NCBI GenBank assembly: GCA_963693365.1
Contig: CAVNZM010000010.1
Location: 6,635,794 to 6,699,793, forward strand
Direction of reading: 5' to 3'
Source of the DNA: Amoebidium appalachense
Lineage: Eukaryota; Protista; Ichthyosporea
DNA length: 64,000 nucleotides
Position 1 is the stretch's first letter. Each line of letters opens with the position of its first letter. Shown here one piece after another: positions 1-20,780 of the stretch. The position numbers were made by a program, and so were the translations under genes. The notes under the pieces are model-generated. The model searched no databases and was not told the DNA's origin. It was given only the letters and a program-made list of their open reading frames with translations.

Positions 1-47
<47 letters not shown>

Positions 48-318
48 ACTTTCCTTATACTGCCCTGACACTTAACACCCATGTAGCACGTGTGCGCACG
101 CACAAACCCGCACAAACGCAAATTGTGGCACACACGTGTCCGGCACACATCATAATATCACACACAGCTGCAACAACCAGACACACACTGGTACACACAC
201 ACATACACATGCACACCTCCCTGACACACACTGCCACATCACAACCACCCACCCACCCACCCACCCACACATGCACACACACTTCACTTACGCAGCACAC
301 AGAGACACGAAAATTTTG

Positions 319-360
<42 letters not shown>

Positions 361-450
361 CACACACACACACACACACACGCACACACACACGCACGCA
401 CACACACACACACACACACGCGCACACGCACGCGCACACACACACATGCA

Positions 451-499
<49 letters not shown>

Positions 500-720
500 A
501 CACACGCGTGCACACACGCCCGCGCCCGCACGCGTGCACAGTCACTCGCATCATATCGTGCACACCTTATAAGGTTTGAATCCGAAAGCACAAAAACATG
601 ATGTTCACGCATACATCATATATAGTTCCAGATATAACTGTATGGACACACATACACACACACACACACACACCACACAGTCACACACACACACACAGCC
701 TGAAAACACACATATACCCG
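1..720. repeat. Compound (CA)n microsatellite / low-complexity region
   Basis: Long pure and interrupted CA runs at 1-45, 320-545 and 645-715. Confidence 0.9.
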
Positions 721-1363
721 TGCACAGGAACAGTCACAGTGAGCACAACAGCCGCACTGCCCAAAATTATTTAGCAGAAGGGGTTTATCGGAACTGAATT
801 AAGAATTTGATGAGTGGGGGGAAGCAAGGGAATTCATAGTGAATTCATAGTGTGTGGGAGTCGGGTCCACCGATCTCGTGGGCGGAAGGGGAGGAGGTGG
901 GGGAGGGATGCCGACTGCAGGGAATGGGGTTTTATTAACTAAGCGGGAAAAAGGGGGGAGGGAGGGCGGGGGGGGGGGGGGGGGGTTGTGAGGGGGGGGG
1001 GAAGGGGGGGGGGGGGGGGGGTGAGGGGAAGTGGGGGGGGGGGGGGGGGGAAGAATCAGCCTCAAGCAGAAGCCTTAATTATTGTCTTGGGGGAGATTGG
1101 GCGAGGGGGGGCAGGGGGGGGAAGGGGGGGGGGGGGGGGGATGGATTGGGGCCCCCGGGGTTGGGGGTGGGGGTGCGGGTGGGTGGTTGGGTGGGGGGTG
1201 GGGTTGAGGGGTTGGGGGGTTGGGGGGGGGGGGGGGGGGGGGGGGGGGAGGGGATTAAATTAGGGAGAGGGGACTGGGCAAGTTTAAGGGGGAGACATTT
1301 TCTATGTGGGGGGGATGGCCACGGCGGGAGGGTTGTTAATGATCAAACGGTTTTTTTTTTTTT

Positions 1364-1407
<44 letters not shown>

Positions 1408-1416
1408 CCGGGAGGG

Positions 1417-1896
1417 TGTAAACAACTGTACACATGAACTGTACATGTTTACTAAAGAATGTGATCTACTAGCACACAATTCGTTCTTTGTCATGAATAT
1501 CACATAAATATTATGTCCACACCAATAGGAATCAATCTTACCTAAGAAATGAACCATGTATGATTCTACCGCTGCATACCACATAAACGAAGTGAACCAA
1601 TAAGATGTTTGCATAAATAGGACGAAGGTCTGACTGGCTTGGACCGCACCAGAATCACGAATGGCATGTTGCCACCCGCGCTGGCCGCGGATGAAGCAAT
1701 CCTGGGCCTTGATCCGAAACCTGGGGGCTATATAACAAAGCCGTCCCAGTACGGGGATCACATCAGTGAAGTCTGAGACAGACTGAGTCGGCCCATAGTA
1801 AAAGCAACTTGGCCGCGTGTGCCTTTCTACCCGTTCTCTGTCTTTATTCTGATTCAGTTGTTCTCTGCCTTATCCCAACTAGTCCAACTGTTTACA
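1417..1896 (+). repeat. 5' LTR
   Basis: TG...CA with 8-bp inverted termini; direct repeat of 4435-4914. Confidence 0.93.
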
Positions 1897-1897
1897 T

Positions 1898-1908
1898 TGG
1901 CGACCGCG
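1898..1908 (+). other. Primer binding site (possibly tRNA-Arg type)
   Basis: TGGCGACCGCG is complementary to a tRNA 3' end ...CGCGGUCG-CCA. The tRNA identity is recalled, not searched. Confidence 0.7.
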
Positions 1909-4434
1909 CAGTTCAAGAATCTCGCATCCTTCGAATCTCACATCTTTCAATCAGTTCAAGAATCTCACATCTTTCAATCAGCTCAAGAATCTCCCATGGC
2001 CGATCACAATCCTTATTACCCCGATGATAGGCACATCTTTCCTTGTCCGGCTTAGAATATATACACCGACAAGTTTGAAGTGGCCAGCCCACCTACACGG
2101 AAAGAATTGAAAGCATGTAAAACTTCTTTTGCTACGACACATCAAAAATGTGAAGAAAAACGAATACACAACGAAACAACGAATACACGAACAATCGAAT
2201 AAAGAATTGCTAACGAAGCAATGAACCAACGAAAAACGAACCATCACGAATACACAATGAAATAAAGAATGAACGACAAACGAATGCATAGGATTTATCA
2301 ACGACAAAAAACGAAAAACGAAAGCAAAATGAACTGGAAATACGAAAATGCAAGAACGAATGCACAACACTGCTTGGGTTGCAATGCACACAGCCCCCTC
2401 TATGTTAGGAAGAAAATAAAACCGTTGCCCTTGCGTGCATTGCGCTATTGCACACTGTCATCGTGTCCATGCCACCGCATGCACCTCCACACTCGCAAGC
2501 CAGATGCACGGCCACTTTCAGCACGAATGCATTTAAAGAAGAAGATAGTCGCTGTTCCTATAGCATTGAGGACATAAGGTGCTGTGAAAGTAGTTTTGCA
2601 TGCATGCTTCGAATTTCTTGCTGTTTTCGAATACAGCATGCCCCATAGTTTAGCGCACAGGATGCACAACATGCGCATGAATGTATGCTGGCATGCCTAA
2701 ACACATTACGAACATATGCCTCATGTATGGCGGCCCTTCCTGGTGCCACGCCCTAACGAATTTGCACTCTTGGTGCACAAAAGGCATGTAATAAAGTCGA
2801 TGCAGAACTTTTGTTCATGCATGTGAAAAACAAAGAAGGTGTTGGGTACGAATTTTAAGGTGAATGCCCGTCTGTGGCAATACTGTGTAACATACCAATT
2901 ACACTGTCAAGCCTTGCACTAGCTGCCGGCACACCCCCACCAGAACAAAAGAATGTGGTATGGGCACCGTTCCCTCACAACCCCAGCATACAGTGTCAGT
3001 ATTTTGGCTGGAAGCCTTTCAGTTTCGAATTACGAATACCCTCCTTCACTACTGAAGAAAGTGACGTGGAAGACGAATACGAATACGAATGCAAGGTGTT
3101 GTTGACTAACACATCGGACCATCATGTGTACCTAGGCCCTGGTACGGAGGTGACCATGTTATTCCCTTGCAATATGATGACACTGTAACAATTTAGCACG
3201 TGCATACCCCACCAATGGGCACATGCGGGAGACAACCCCACAAGCTGCCTTATTGGGCACCTCTGCTAAAACGAATATTCTTCTCACGAAGGAACAGAAG
3301 AATGCCACGAACACGAACCACACACCCCCCAGGCAGCTACTTACGTCTGATGTATGAAAGTAGTAGGTGTGTGAATGGGGTAACTTCATGAACACCAACA
3401 CGAAAGCAAGCACAGCACAAAGCAGTTCCACGAATACGAATGGTTTTGGTATTCCACACAACGAACAGAACCTACAGTAGGGCCACCTACAAATGAAGCA
3501 GAGGATGGGGCACCATCCAGACCTGCACTGGAGGATATGAAGATACGAAGCGCGCTCACGAAGTTGCTTACAAAAGAAAGGGCGACTGCGACGACTTTTC
3601 TTTTTAGGCCAAGCCTCCAGAAGAATGTATTATGCCTGGAATCCCCCTGCTCAACGAAAATGGCTGGCAAATGGGATACGAAAACTGCTCACGAATGGAA
3701 GCATGTGTTTTCTGAAGGAGGCTTGCTTTGCCTACCCTCTTCTTATGAATTATGAACCGGGCTTTTACTGGTTCTGACGGGTGATATATTTCTTTATGTC
3801 GCCCAACGAAGAACACTTGGGCATTTTTATTCTGTTTTTCCCAGCTCCGATGATGCAGGGTTAAAGCTGAAAGGAAAGAAGTGCTCTTTGTTCAAGAAAG
3901 AAGTGGCTTTTCCGGCCATGGTGACTCGCCTTACAGTCTTAAGGTAGAACCGGGATAAGGAGCAGCGGCTAAGCCTTGAAGCTATCCACCACTACCTGAG
4001 CTACGAAGTGACCTAAGGCTCGAGTTATATTCATTATCGAATGTTTGGTATGATCATTCATCCACACAACCAAATTACTCGCAATTGAAAACGAATCTGC
4101 GGGAGTATCCTAAAAAGGAAAAATTCCCAAAAAGGAAAATACTACTTCTACAGAAAAGCCAAGCACAGAGACGAAGGCTTAGCGAATTATTCGCACGCAC
4201 ACTCTGCAACAATCTTCGCCACGAAAATGAAATCACAGAAGAATGCTGCATGAATTTACGTTTTGGCAAATGAAGAAGTGCTCATAGACGTGCACAACTC
4301 TATTCCACCGTCCTTGCTCTGTTCTGTCCAGCAGCTCGGCACACACAAGAATTCTCGCTGAAGGTTGTTTATCGCCTCTCAGCCTGGTGGTTTGCTTGTC
4401 TAACGACACCACCAGGCTCCCGACAAGGGGGGAG

Positions 4435-4914
4435 TGTAAACAACTGTACACATGAACTGTACATGTTTACTAAAGAATGTGATCTACTAGCACACAATTC
4501 GTTCTTTGTCATGAATATCACATAAATATTATGTCCACACCAATAGGAATCAATCTTACCTAAGAAATGAACCATGTATGATTCTACCGCTGCATACCAC
4601 ATAAACGAAGTGAACCAATAAGATGTTTGCATAAATAGGACGAAGGTCTGACTGGCTTGGACCGCACCAGAATCACGAATGGCATGTTGCCACCCGCGCT
4701 GGCCGCGGATGAAGCAATCCTGGGCCTTGATCCGAAACCTGGGGGCTATATAACAAAGCCGTCCCAGTACGGGGATCACATCAGTGAAGTCTGAGACAGA
4801 CTGAGTCGGCCCATAGTAAAAGCAACTTGGCCGCGTGTGCCTTTCTACCCGTTCTCTGTCTTTATTCTGATTCAGTTGTTCTCTGCCTTATCCCAACTAG
4901 TCCAACTGTTTACA
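4435..4914 (+). repeat. 3' LTR
   Basis: Direct repeat of 1417-1896, preceded by the polypurine tract. Confidence 0.93.
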
Positions 4915-7433
4915 GAGGGACCCCCAGGGGGGTCTCATAGAACTAACGTCTTCCACACTGACTGTACCCTAATTAGGGTGCTAAAGGTGTAATAAGCTTA
5001 AAACTATTACCAATCCAAACTACTAGTATTCACTTAGCCCAAATCAATAGTGGGTCTGGCGGGAGGATTTGTGGAGGAGGGGGAGAATGAGACCCGCAAG
5101 CTGCAGTCACTCTAGTGACCCAGGGGGAAGGGGGGGGGGGGGGGGGGGGGGACCACTTTTTTTTATTATTTTTTTTTTCCCGTTTTGTTCCCGGGGGGAA
5201 GAGGGGGGGTGGGGGCTATCTCTACGTAAGCTACCGTCTTCCACTAAGCACCGAGTGTACCTTTGCTAGACGTCTAGGATGCTACTGGTGCATTCAGCTA
5301 AGCTTACACAGTCTCTATCAACCCTACCACCAATATTACACTGAGCTTACTAAATAGGGTTTTTGCCCCAGCCTCGCGCTCTAGTGGGGAGCACCAGGTC
5401 TACCCTCCGCGACCGATTAAAACCTGCTAATAATTTTTTTAATGAAGGACTCTCATTGGTTGAGGTTGCTACAATGCCTCGGACTTGCGGTACATATGCT
5501 AATGTGGCAAAAATGCTTGCCCAAAACATGGTGGTGGGTGTGGGTATGAGTGGGGCGCTACTCGACGCACATGACATTCATATTCACACATTGAGGCGTC
5601 AACACGTAGAAAGGAAATGACAGGACGGGGGGAAGGGGGCGAGAGGGGGAGGGGGGGGGGGGGTGGGATTCGAAGGCCCGGGGGAAGGGGAGGGAGGGGT
5701 GGGGTGTGTGTGTGTGGGGGGGGGGGGGGGGGGGGGGGGGGGAGAGGGGGGGAGGGGGAGGGCGAGGGGCGGAGGGGAGGGCCGACTAATGAAGGCGCAC
5801 ATAATAATAATGTTTGATCTTGAACAAAACGAAGTCATGATTGAAAGTGAAGGCATCCCCCCCTTTCCCCCCCCCCACCCCTACCCACCCCTCCCTCTCC
5901 CAGCCCCCACCGTCGGCGAAACGTGTCACATCCACACCTATGTTATAAGCCAAAAAAAAAAAGGTTTTAGGAGAAGAGGGCTTTTGGAGGAGTTATGATC
6001 CAGCCCTGAGAGAATTAATATTAATAATACTATCTCTTGCCTTCTGGCGTCCGTGGCACTACAAACGGACTGGTGTACCTGGATATTATGCCTGTACACA
6101 TACAATGCCACTATGTCCATGGTTGGGTTTTTGGAATATTCATCTCAAGCTGCCAGCCGGCTGAGGGGACTGCATGCCCCATACATGGGGCCACATACAG
6201 CTGAGACTGCAGACATGTGTACCGGTTGCGCACGTGTACACGTACTTGCTCATGGACCACTGGGCCGATGACGCCCGACGGGCCAATGTTTACAAGGATA
6301 CATACCGTCCGGGTTCGGTGCCATGGCGACCAGAGTGGCTGCACCAACACCAACTAACCTTAAAAAAAAATGCTCTTGAAAATTCTGAGATACAGTAAAA
6401 CTAAAAGCCGAGCTTTCTATTACATATTTAGGCATCAAGTTGGAAAATTGATATTCGGCAGTGAGCAGCCGGTGAACACATGACTGTGAGAGAGATTGAG
6501 CAAGCACGTGTGTCTTTGAGTCATGGGTGCGACACGGTCCAATTCACCCAGCTCGCTTTGATTGGTGAGTACGACACCTTTGTAGGTCCTACCCGTTTAT
6601 AGCTGTGACCTTTGGCCAATACAAGCACGGGTGCTGTGAGCCAAACGTGGGCATTTTCACATTGAGAGCCATGGCCTCTATTCGCTTCCAAATGACATGC
6701 AATGTGTGTCAGCAACATTTCAATGAAGAGCTTAAGGTTTGAATATATAGAAACAGGGCGATTCTTATATATTTACGGGTTTTTAGCTATAACGCTGTCT
6801 TGTTGCAGATGTGGCTTGCACTGGCTTCTATGTATTCGACCACTGCTCATGGATTGAATTGCATCATCTAACGCCGGATGCCAGTGACCAATAGAATCCA
6901 TAGGCTTACCAATCATTTGTAGCCATATTTATGGTAAGGCAGGAGCCCATTGGCGAGGAAAATCTGGATAAAAAGAGCTAACTTATTTGCCATCATTTGC
7001 GCATACAAACCGATTTATATAAATTGCAAGAAACCAAGAATACTAATGGGAAATAAAAGTGGGCAAGAGCCCGAGAAATATAAGCCTGACAGGGTCTCAG
7101 ATCGACCAATGTTCAAGCACCTGTTCTTGCCTGTTATAAAGTCACGCAGTCTTGGCACCAAGATCAATAGCGCGTTCTCGTGATTAGAGGAGCAAGTCTC
7201 GGAACCAATCGGATCGAGGCGCGAAACAAGTGGTATAAATTGAGCCGGCAGCAAGCACGGGTCCACATTTCTGCTCATTTCCCGTTTATATTTTAGGTCG
7301 CTCCCATGGCAGGAGAGCGCAATGAAAGTGGAAGAACAAAAGCAAAGAGAAAAGGGTAGCGAGAGTATACTTATCTAAAATAGCTAGCTTATTAACTGGT
7401 TCAAACAGTGGCGTTGGCCGATAATTTGCGAGA

Positions 7434-7898
7434 ATGAGCGTTGGTCACTCAACAGCCGGGCGGCTTGGAGTGCGTGAGCCAAGTCTTTCACGCTCTCCAT
7501 CACCGACGAGCAGTATCGAAAGCTCTCCCACCATGAGCACCTCCGGCACAGCGAAAGAGGAGAGCAGCCCCCGACGCGGGAACCTCTCTTCACACAGTGG
7601 TAGTTTTAAAATACGCGCGTCGGGAAGCAAGGGGGCGAAATCGAAGCCATACACACGCAAACGCACAACATCGGAATCCTCTAATGAAGCAGAGCTCACG
7701 GTAAAGAGTGACGAGGGGAGAGAAGAGGTGCTGCACCGGTGCACGACGTGTGGAAAGATATACAAGCACGAAAGCTGTCTGCTCAAGCATAACTGGGAAC
7801 ACACGGAGTACTGGGAGCTTGCCAAGCAACACTGTGCAAGCAAACATCTGTTCAGCTCCTCGAGGCCGCAAGAATACTTCTCCGCTTGCAGTGAGTGA
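7434..7898 (+). pseudogene. Single C2H2 zinc-finger protein (fungal-type 'YKHxSCLxKHxWEH...SKHQQVQLLEAA' family), frameshifted
   Basis: ORF encodes HRCTTCGKIYKHESCLLKHNWEHTEYW...SKH. The family's VQLLEAARILLRLQ* continues in a different frame from 7850 to the stop at 7892-7894. No introns seen. Confidence 0.65.
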
Positions 7899-9045
7899 AG
7901 GTCTTGTGTACGCGCGCCTCTGACAACTCCCCAGCCATTTCCCCTGAGGCCTTCGCTCCTTCTTGCCTGGCCAGTGTGGGTGCCTGTTAGGTCTTTGAAA
8001 TCAAGTTGAATGTCCAACCGTTTTTTTTACATCGGGTGACGTAGTGCCCAGTTTTTCTTGCTGACTCCAGAACATCGTTGGAAACGGGTGCTTTTGCTGT
8101 TTTTGTGGTTGCCTTGAGAGCTTGTGACTTTATTACTTAGGAAAGTGTAGATTGCTGTAGTTGATATATGATATTTGTGTTGATATATAATGACACCTAA
8201 TACTGATGACTCCACCATTAATTCCACCAACCCCTTACGTATGACAATATACTATGACAAAAAGCAATGTCATAGGTGTGTACACTTGTTGTGTTGTAGT
8301 TGTAGCTGTTTTAGCTGGTCTAGAGCAGCAGATGGAAGCTGAATAAACACCCTCTTGTCTATCCTTTTTGCCCCGTGCCCAGTCCAGCCAGGTTTGCAGG
8401 TATGTTTGCGATGGGTCCACTCTCAGGTTTTTCCTGAAAAACAGAATGCAACACTGCCGGACTGAGTACCTAAATAGCTACAAGCGATGCAGACTGCATC
8501 TAACACCTTGCGTTTAGAGCACTGAAGCAACATATAGCTTGCCAAGGACCAGCAGTTGCCATCCCGCCAATAATTTCTGTGAGCCCGTAGTCATAGCCAT
8601 AGCCAACGATGTGACTTCTCACGGCAAACTTGTATATCATGTTGGAATATACAACCCCAATATCACCATATTATTCGTGCTTGTTATATATTTACTATGT
8701 AACCATCCAACAGCGGTGTACGCGTGTTTTCGTGTGATGGCTAGGTGATCGATCGTGTGTTTCATAGGATCCGGATGAATTGTGATATCTAACTGCCATA
8801 TGATTGGTCAGGAACGCACCATCCAGATCTAGGGATTACGTAGTCAACCCGGATGCCATCCTGGATGGTTGGTGACTGGATCAAGGCGGAGTACTAGTAT
8901 ATAAACCCGCACATGTAACATAATATAATTGGGAGTTATAACGATAATTGACTGTTGCAACAGACTCTCCGAGCACTGTGTGGACACTTGTGTGATATTT
9001 AGGTGATAGTGCATGCAGCCCGATTAAGTACACACTTAGTAGATA

Positions 9046-9315
9046 GCATATTGCACCCGTATAGTTGTTGTATAAAATGATCGTGTGTCTGTGACAAACA
9101 ATATATTTGTAATTGAACGGGGTTGACTAGACCACGCATATTGCACCCGTATAGTTGTTGTATAAAATGATCGTGTGTCTGTGACAAACAATATATTTGT
9201 AATTGAACGGGGTTGACTAGACCACGCATATTGCACCCGTATAGTTGTTGTATAAAATGATCGTGTGTCTGTGACAAACAATATATTTGTAATTGAACGG
9301 GGTTGACTAGACCAC
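9046..9315. repeat. Tandem repeat, 90 bp x3
   Basis: Unit GCATATTGCACCCGTATAG...GACTAGACCAC at 9046, 9136 and 9226; partial copy at ~9414-9431. Confidence 0.92.
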
Positions 9316-10006
9316 GCTTTGCTAAGTTACGTGCTAGTCCTACTTACACCTAGTAAGCCGAGCACACTGAGTGAGCTCTGAAGCCCCCGACATGCCCTTA
9401 TATCGGAGCTCATATATTGCACCCGTATAGTAGAGGCTTTTCACCTCCGTGTGTGTGTGTGCAACGATTATACACTCTACTTGTGTTAAGTGCAGACTCT
9501 GCTACGTGTAAGAAGGTAGTTTTCTCTCATATCATACATATATCCCTTTGAGGGCTTGTCGGCTCTCCCGTCCCTTGTTTTCCATGGCTAATTTAGCAGC
9601 AAGGCGTTCTCCGATTTTCAAAGCCTCGGGGCATGCTTCCAAATACAAAAAAGGAAGACCAAGTTACATGGAATGATGTGCCAAAACAACAATGTATACA
9701 ACCAAGCCTGCCACGCACCTAAATCTGGTATTTTTGCTGTCGCTTACAGTGTTCGCGCAAGCATACACGTGCACACATAAACACGTGCTATTCGGCGGTC
9801 ACGACAGCTGGCCATGAGCCGCGAGCCGCGCCGGTCGCACGTGGCCAGGGATTGGCTGCGCACGCATCATGTGCGCGCCTAGCATGATTGCGCAAACCGG
9901 CGTTGCAACACGGCCAGCTCAGCGCCGGCCGGCCAGCCGGCCCCGCGGCGCATCATGGTTCAAGCCGGCCCAGTCGCACCAAGTTTCCAATTTCAACATA
10001 GTATAC

Positions 10007-10064
10007 AGTAGCTATACAGTATGGGGTAGCAAGACCAGTAGCTATACAGTATGGGGTAGCAAGA
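10007..10064. repeat. Short tandem duplication (~30 bp x2)
   Basis: CAGTAGCTATACAGTATGGGGTAGCAAGA occurs twice. Confidence 0.85.
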
Positions 10065-11084
10065 ACAGGCTGGATAAAAAAATCTTGCCTTGTGTTTCGA
10101 GCTATCCGATTGGTAGAAAGTGTAGCAATTCAGATTGAAAGGCTGTGAGCCAATCAAAAATCTTTCGACAATGGACTTCACGATTGTTGAGGCCGGATCG
10201 CTACCGTGAGCGTCGCTAGCTAAAAAGAGCGTTTTGTCGTAGAATTTTAAGCGTTTATGTTAAAAGAGTTTTTATAGTTTTTAATTTTTCTTATTCTGTG
10301 TGATTTTAATTTATTTTTTCCATCTTATTCATCGATTTACACTATCACTTACCAAGGTGGCTCGTTTAGGTGGCCCAAGCCCGGCAGATGCCTTGTTTTT
10401 AGCGAGCTGCTATTGGTCAATTTCGATCGAGATTATTTACTTCCTTGCCATCGCGACGTGAATTCACCGTTCTCACTTCTAATTGGACAAAAAGTGGGGC
10501 CTAAAACCAGGGCCAAATACTAGTCTACAGCTTCTCAAAGCGAGTTTATGGTCGATTTCACTTATAAATGAGGTTTTTACCCTGTAAAGTAAAGTTGTAG
10601 GAGATAAAAAGGCACGCAAAGTTATTATAGGCGGTCTGGGGTGTCCGACGCCTCCTTCAACGTCAAAATCAGCTAAAACCAGCCAAAACCGCCTCCGGCT
10701 AGGGCCAGCCTTACTGCCGACTGACTGGCGGCGGGAGTCAATCGCATGTAGTAAAAATGTGTTTTTACCTGTTTTGACCTCAAAAAACGGGCCGGACACC
10801 CTATGTTGCTTATATAAGAAATGTGAGTCGCTTTATTGTCTATACTTTTAAATTAAAGCACCAAAGCATAGTTTAGACTTTATCGTGTAAGAATGGATTT
10901 GGACTATGACCTGCATAGAATGGCTGGGCCACACTTTTGAGCCGCCAAAATCAATTAGGGATCTGAAATCGGTGAATTGAATTGAATGGGCTCTACTGGA
11001 CCTGATTTATGCCCTTTCACACGTGTGTGCTTTGCAACATCTAGACCTGTATTGTGTTATCCGCCGTACGTGAGGTTTCCCCCC

Positions 11085-11133
<49 letters not shown>

Positions 11134-11223
11134 ATGTACACACGCACACAATGACCACGGTGTTTCCCGGTTCACCGCCGCGGCATACCCTCGAGCTCCC
11201 CCCCTCCCCGGTGTGGACCACCA

Positions 11224-11262
<39 letters not shown>

Positions 11263-11410
11263 ACTCCATGGCCACCCTCCACCCCCCGTCGTCCATGGAT
11301 CCACCTCCCACCCCCCAGCCTTAAGCTTCCCCAAATTTGGCCACCCGCCCCCCGGGGCCCCCTCCCCCCCCCCCCCCCCCCGGCCCCTCCCCTCCCCCCC
11401 CCGCGCCCCC

Positions 11411-11447
<37 letters not shown>

Positions 11448-12500
11448 AGACACTATCCCTATTCCCCTAGCTACAGAACTACATCCAAAACACATACTTG
11501 CTAGATCGGATGTATGCACATTTAAACTACATAATTAGGCGGCTGAGCTGCAAAAGTTCACAGTCCGAGCCATGACGCACATGCGTGGTATTACTAATCA
11601 TATTAAACGGCGTAGAAATCGTTATTAGGGAGAAGCTGCACTGCTTAATGATTATCGGGTGTGCATGCTATTCCAGAGCGTCTCAGACATCCACATGCAA
11701 GGGATGGCATCATGATATATATAGTGGGACAGGCGGGTGGACAGGCGGGCTGGGCGGAGTAGTGCGTGGGGAGGCTAGGGGGTCCCGCCGGAGCCTCAGG
11801 GGAGGGGGGGGCGGGGGGGGGGGGGGAGGAGTCACCACCATTTAAATTTTGTTTGAAATCAATCATTGAAAGCCTTGATCATGAATCTATATATATATAT
11901 ATATCTGGCAGAGAGCAGAAGTCTTGGGATTTTGCCTCAAGCCGTGCCACTCAGTCATGTCTTGTAACTTTGAATTCCAGCTCCAACATTTATTAAGTTT
12001 TTTAAAAAAAGGTCTTCACAACTGCAGGAGGCACAGTGTCATACCCTTATTATAATTAGAGCGCTCAGATTCGTCCCAAATTTCCGAACCTCAGTCTCTT
12101 CTTGGAGGAGGGCAAAAAAAAAAAAAAAAAAAAAAAAAACGGACAAAACGCACTCACTTGTCATTGCACAGTTGAGCATGATATTGATATATCCGTTAAA
12201 CTTGTCTACATCATGAACCAAATGTATCACTTGGTTAATCACATGAAATGGATTGAAAGACAAAAACAAATCCAACACGACACCGTCCCCCCTCCCCCTC
12301 CCCCTCCCCCCACCCCCCACCCCCCAACACACACACACACACACACCGGCACCCCCCCACCCCCCCCCCACACAAATATACAAAGACAAGAACACCACGA
12401 ATCCAACAGTGTCACGAAGAAAGTCCCCCCCCCCCCCCCCCCCCCCCATTTATGCACATGTTCCCGTTCATCTTTTTGTCAGCAAGACTCAGTTTTCAAG

Positions 12501-20300
<7,800 letters not shown>

Positions 20301-20742
20301 GTTTGTGGGTGGGAATTCTAAAACAACCAAAAGAGTATGAATATGGGGAAACGGCAAGAAGCTCAATTGCAAGGAGGGAGAGGAAAGGACCCACAAGAGG
20401 CAGTATTCAAGTTCTTGTAGGCACTCTTGCTGTATATCCTCGAAGAGAAGCACACGCAAACGAAAGTGACAAAGTGAAAAATCTATCTCATGCTCGAGCT
20501 CCGGGAAGAGCTGGGAAGAGCGGGAAGACTTTTGAAGAAAACATTTTTGCGAACTTACCAAATTTAGCCATTTAGGTCATTTTTCATTTGGATTGGTTTA
20601 TACGGCACCAACAGCTGATGCTCCATAAACCAATCACTATCGTGCCTGGCTCAGCAGTTGCGTTGCCAGTCCGCAGAGGACGACTCACGGAGGGCCGGGG
20701 TGACGGTGAAAAATGCCATTGAAAAAGCACCAAAAAAAGCAC

Positions 20743-20780
<38 letters not shown>

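Larger units (their letters stand above)
1417..4914 (+). mobile_element. Non-autonomous Ty3/gypsy-type LTR retrotransposon, recent insertion
   Basis: Two apparently identical 480-bp LTRs (1417-1896, 4435-4914) with TGTAAACA...TGTTTACA termini. 5-bp TSD GAGGG (1412-1416, 4915-4919). PBS TGGCGACCGCG after the 5' LTR and PPT AAGGGGGGAG before the 3' LTR. No long internal ORF, but an RT relic DAGLKLKGKKCSLFKKEVAF at ~3852-3911. Confidence 0.93.

Noticed and set aside
799-915. Possible terminal exon on the minus strand ([15 protein letters not shown]...SSNS*)
   Set aside because: An acceptor is plausible, but no supportable upstream exons or domain were found.
55-1421. Many ORFs of poly-HT/CV/ER/LS/P/G here and throughout the window
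   Set aside because: These are translations of (CA)n, (GA)n and G/C homopolymers, not genes.
1336-1761. 141-aa antisense ORF repeated at 4369-4779
   Set aside because: It lies within the LTR on the antisense strand, recurs only because the LTR is duplicated, and has no recognisable domain.
5350-6400. Short ORFs in complex sequence at 5350-5620 and 6050-6400
   Set aside because: No recognisable motifs, stops in all frames, and no consistent splice model.
8698-8962. Solo LTR (TGTAAC...CA with TATA-like motif)
   Set aside because: No matching TSD or second copy in the window.
9046-9315. CRISPR-like array
   Set aside because: Contiguous identical units with no unique spacers and no cas genes; eukaryotic context.
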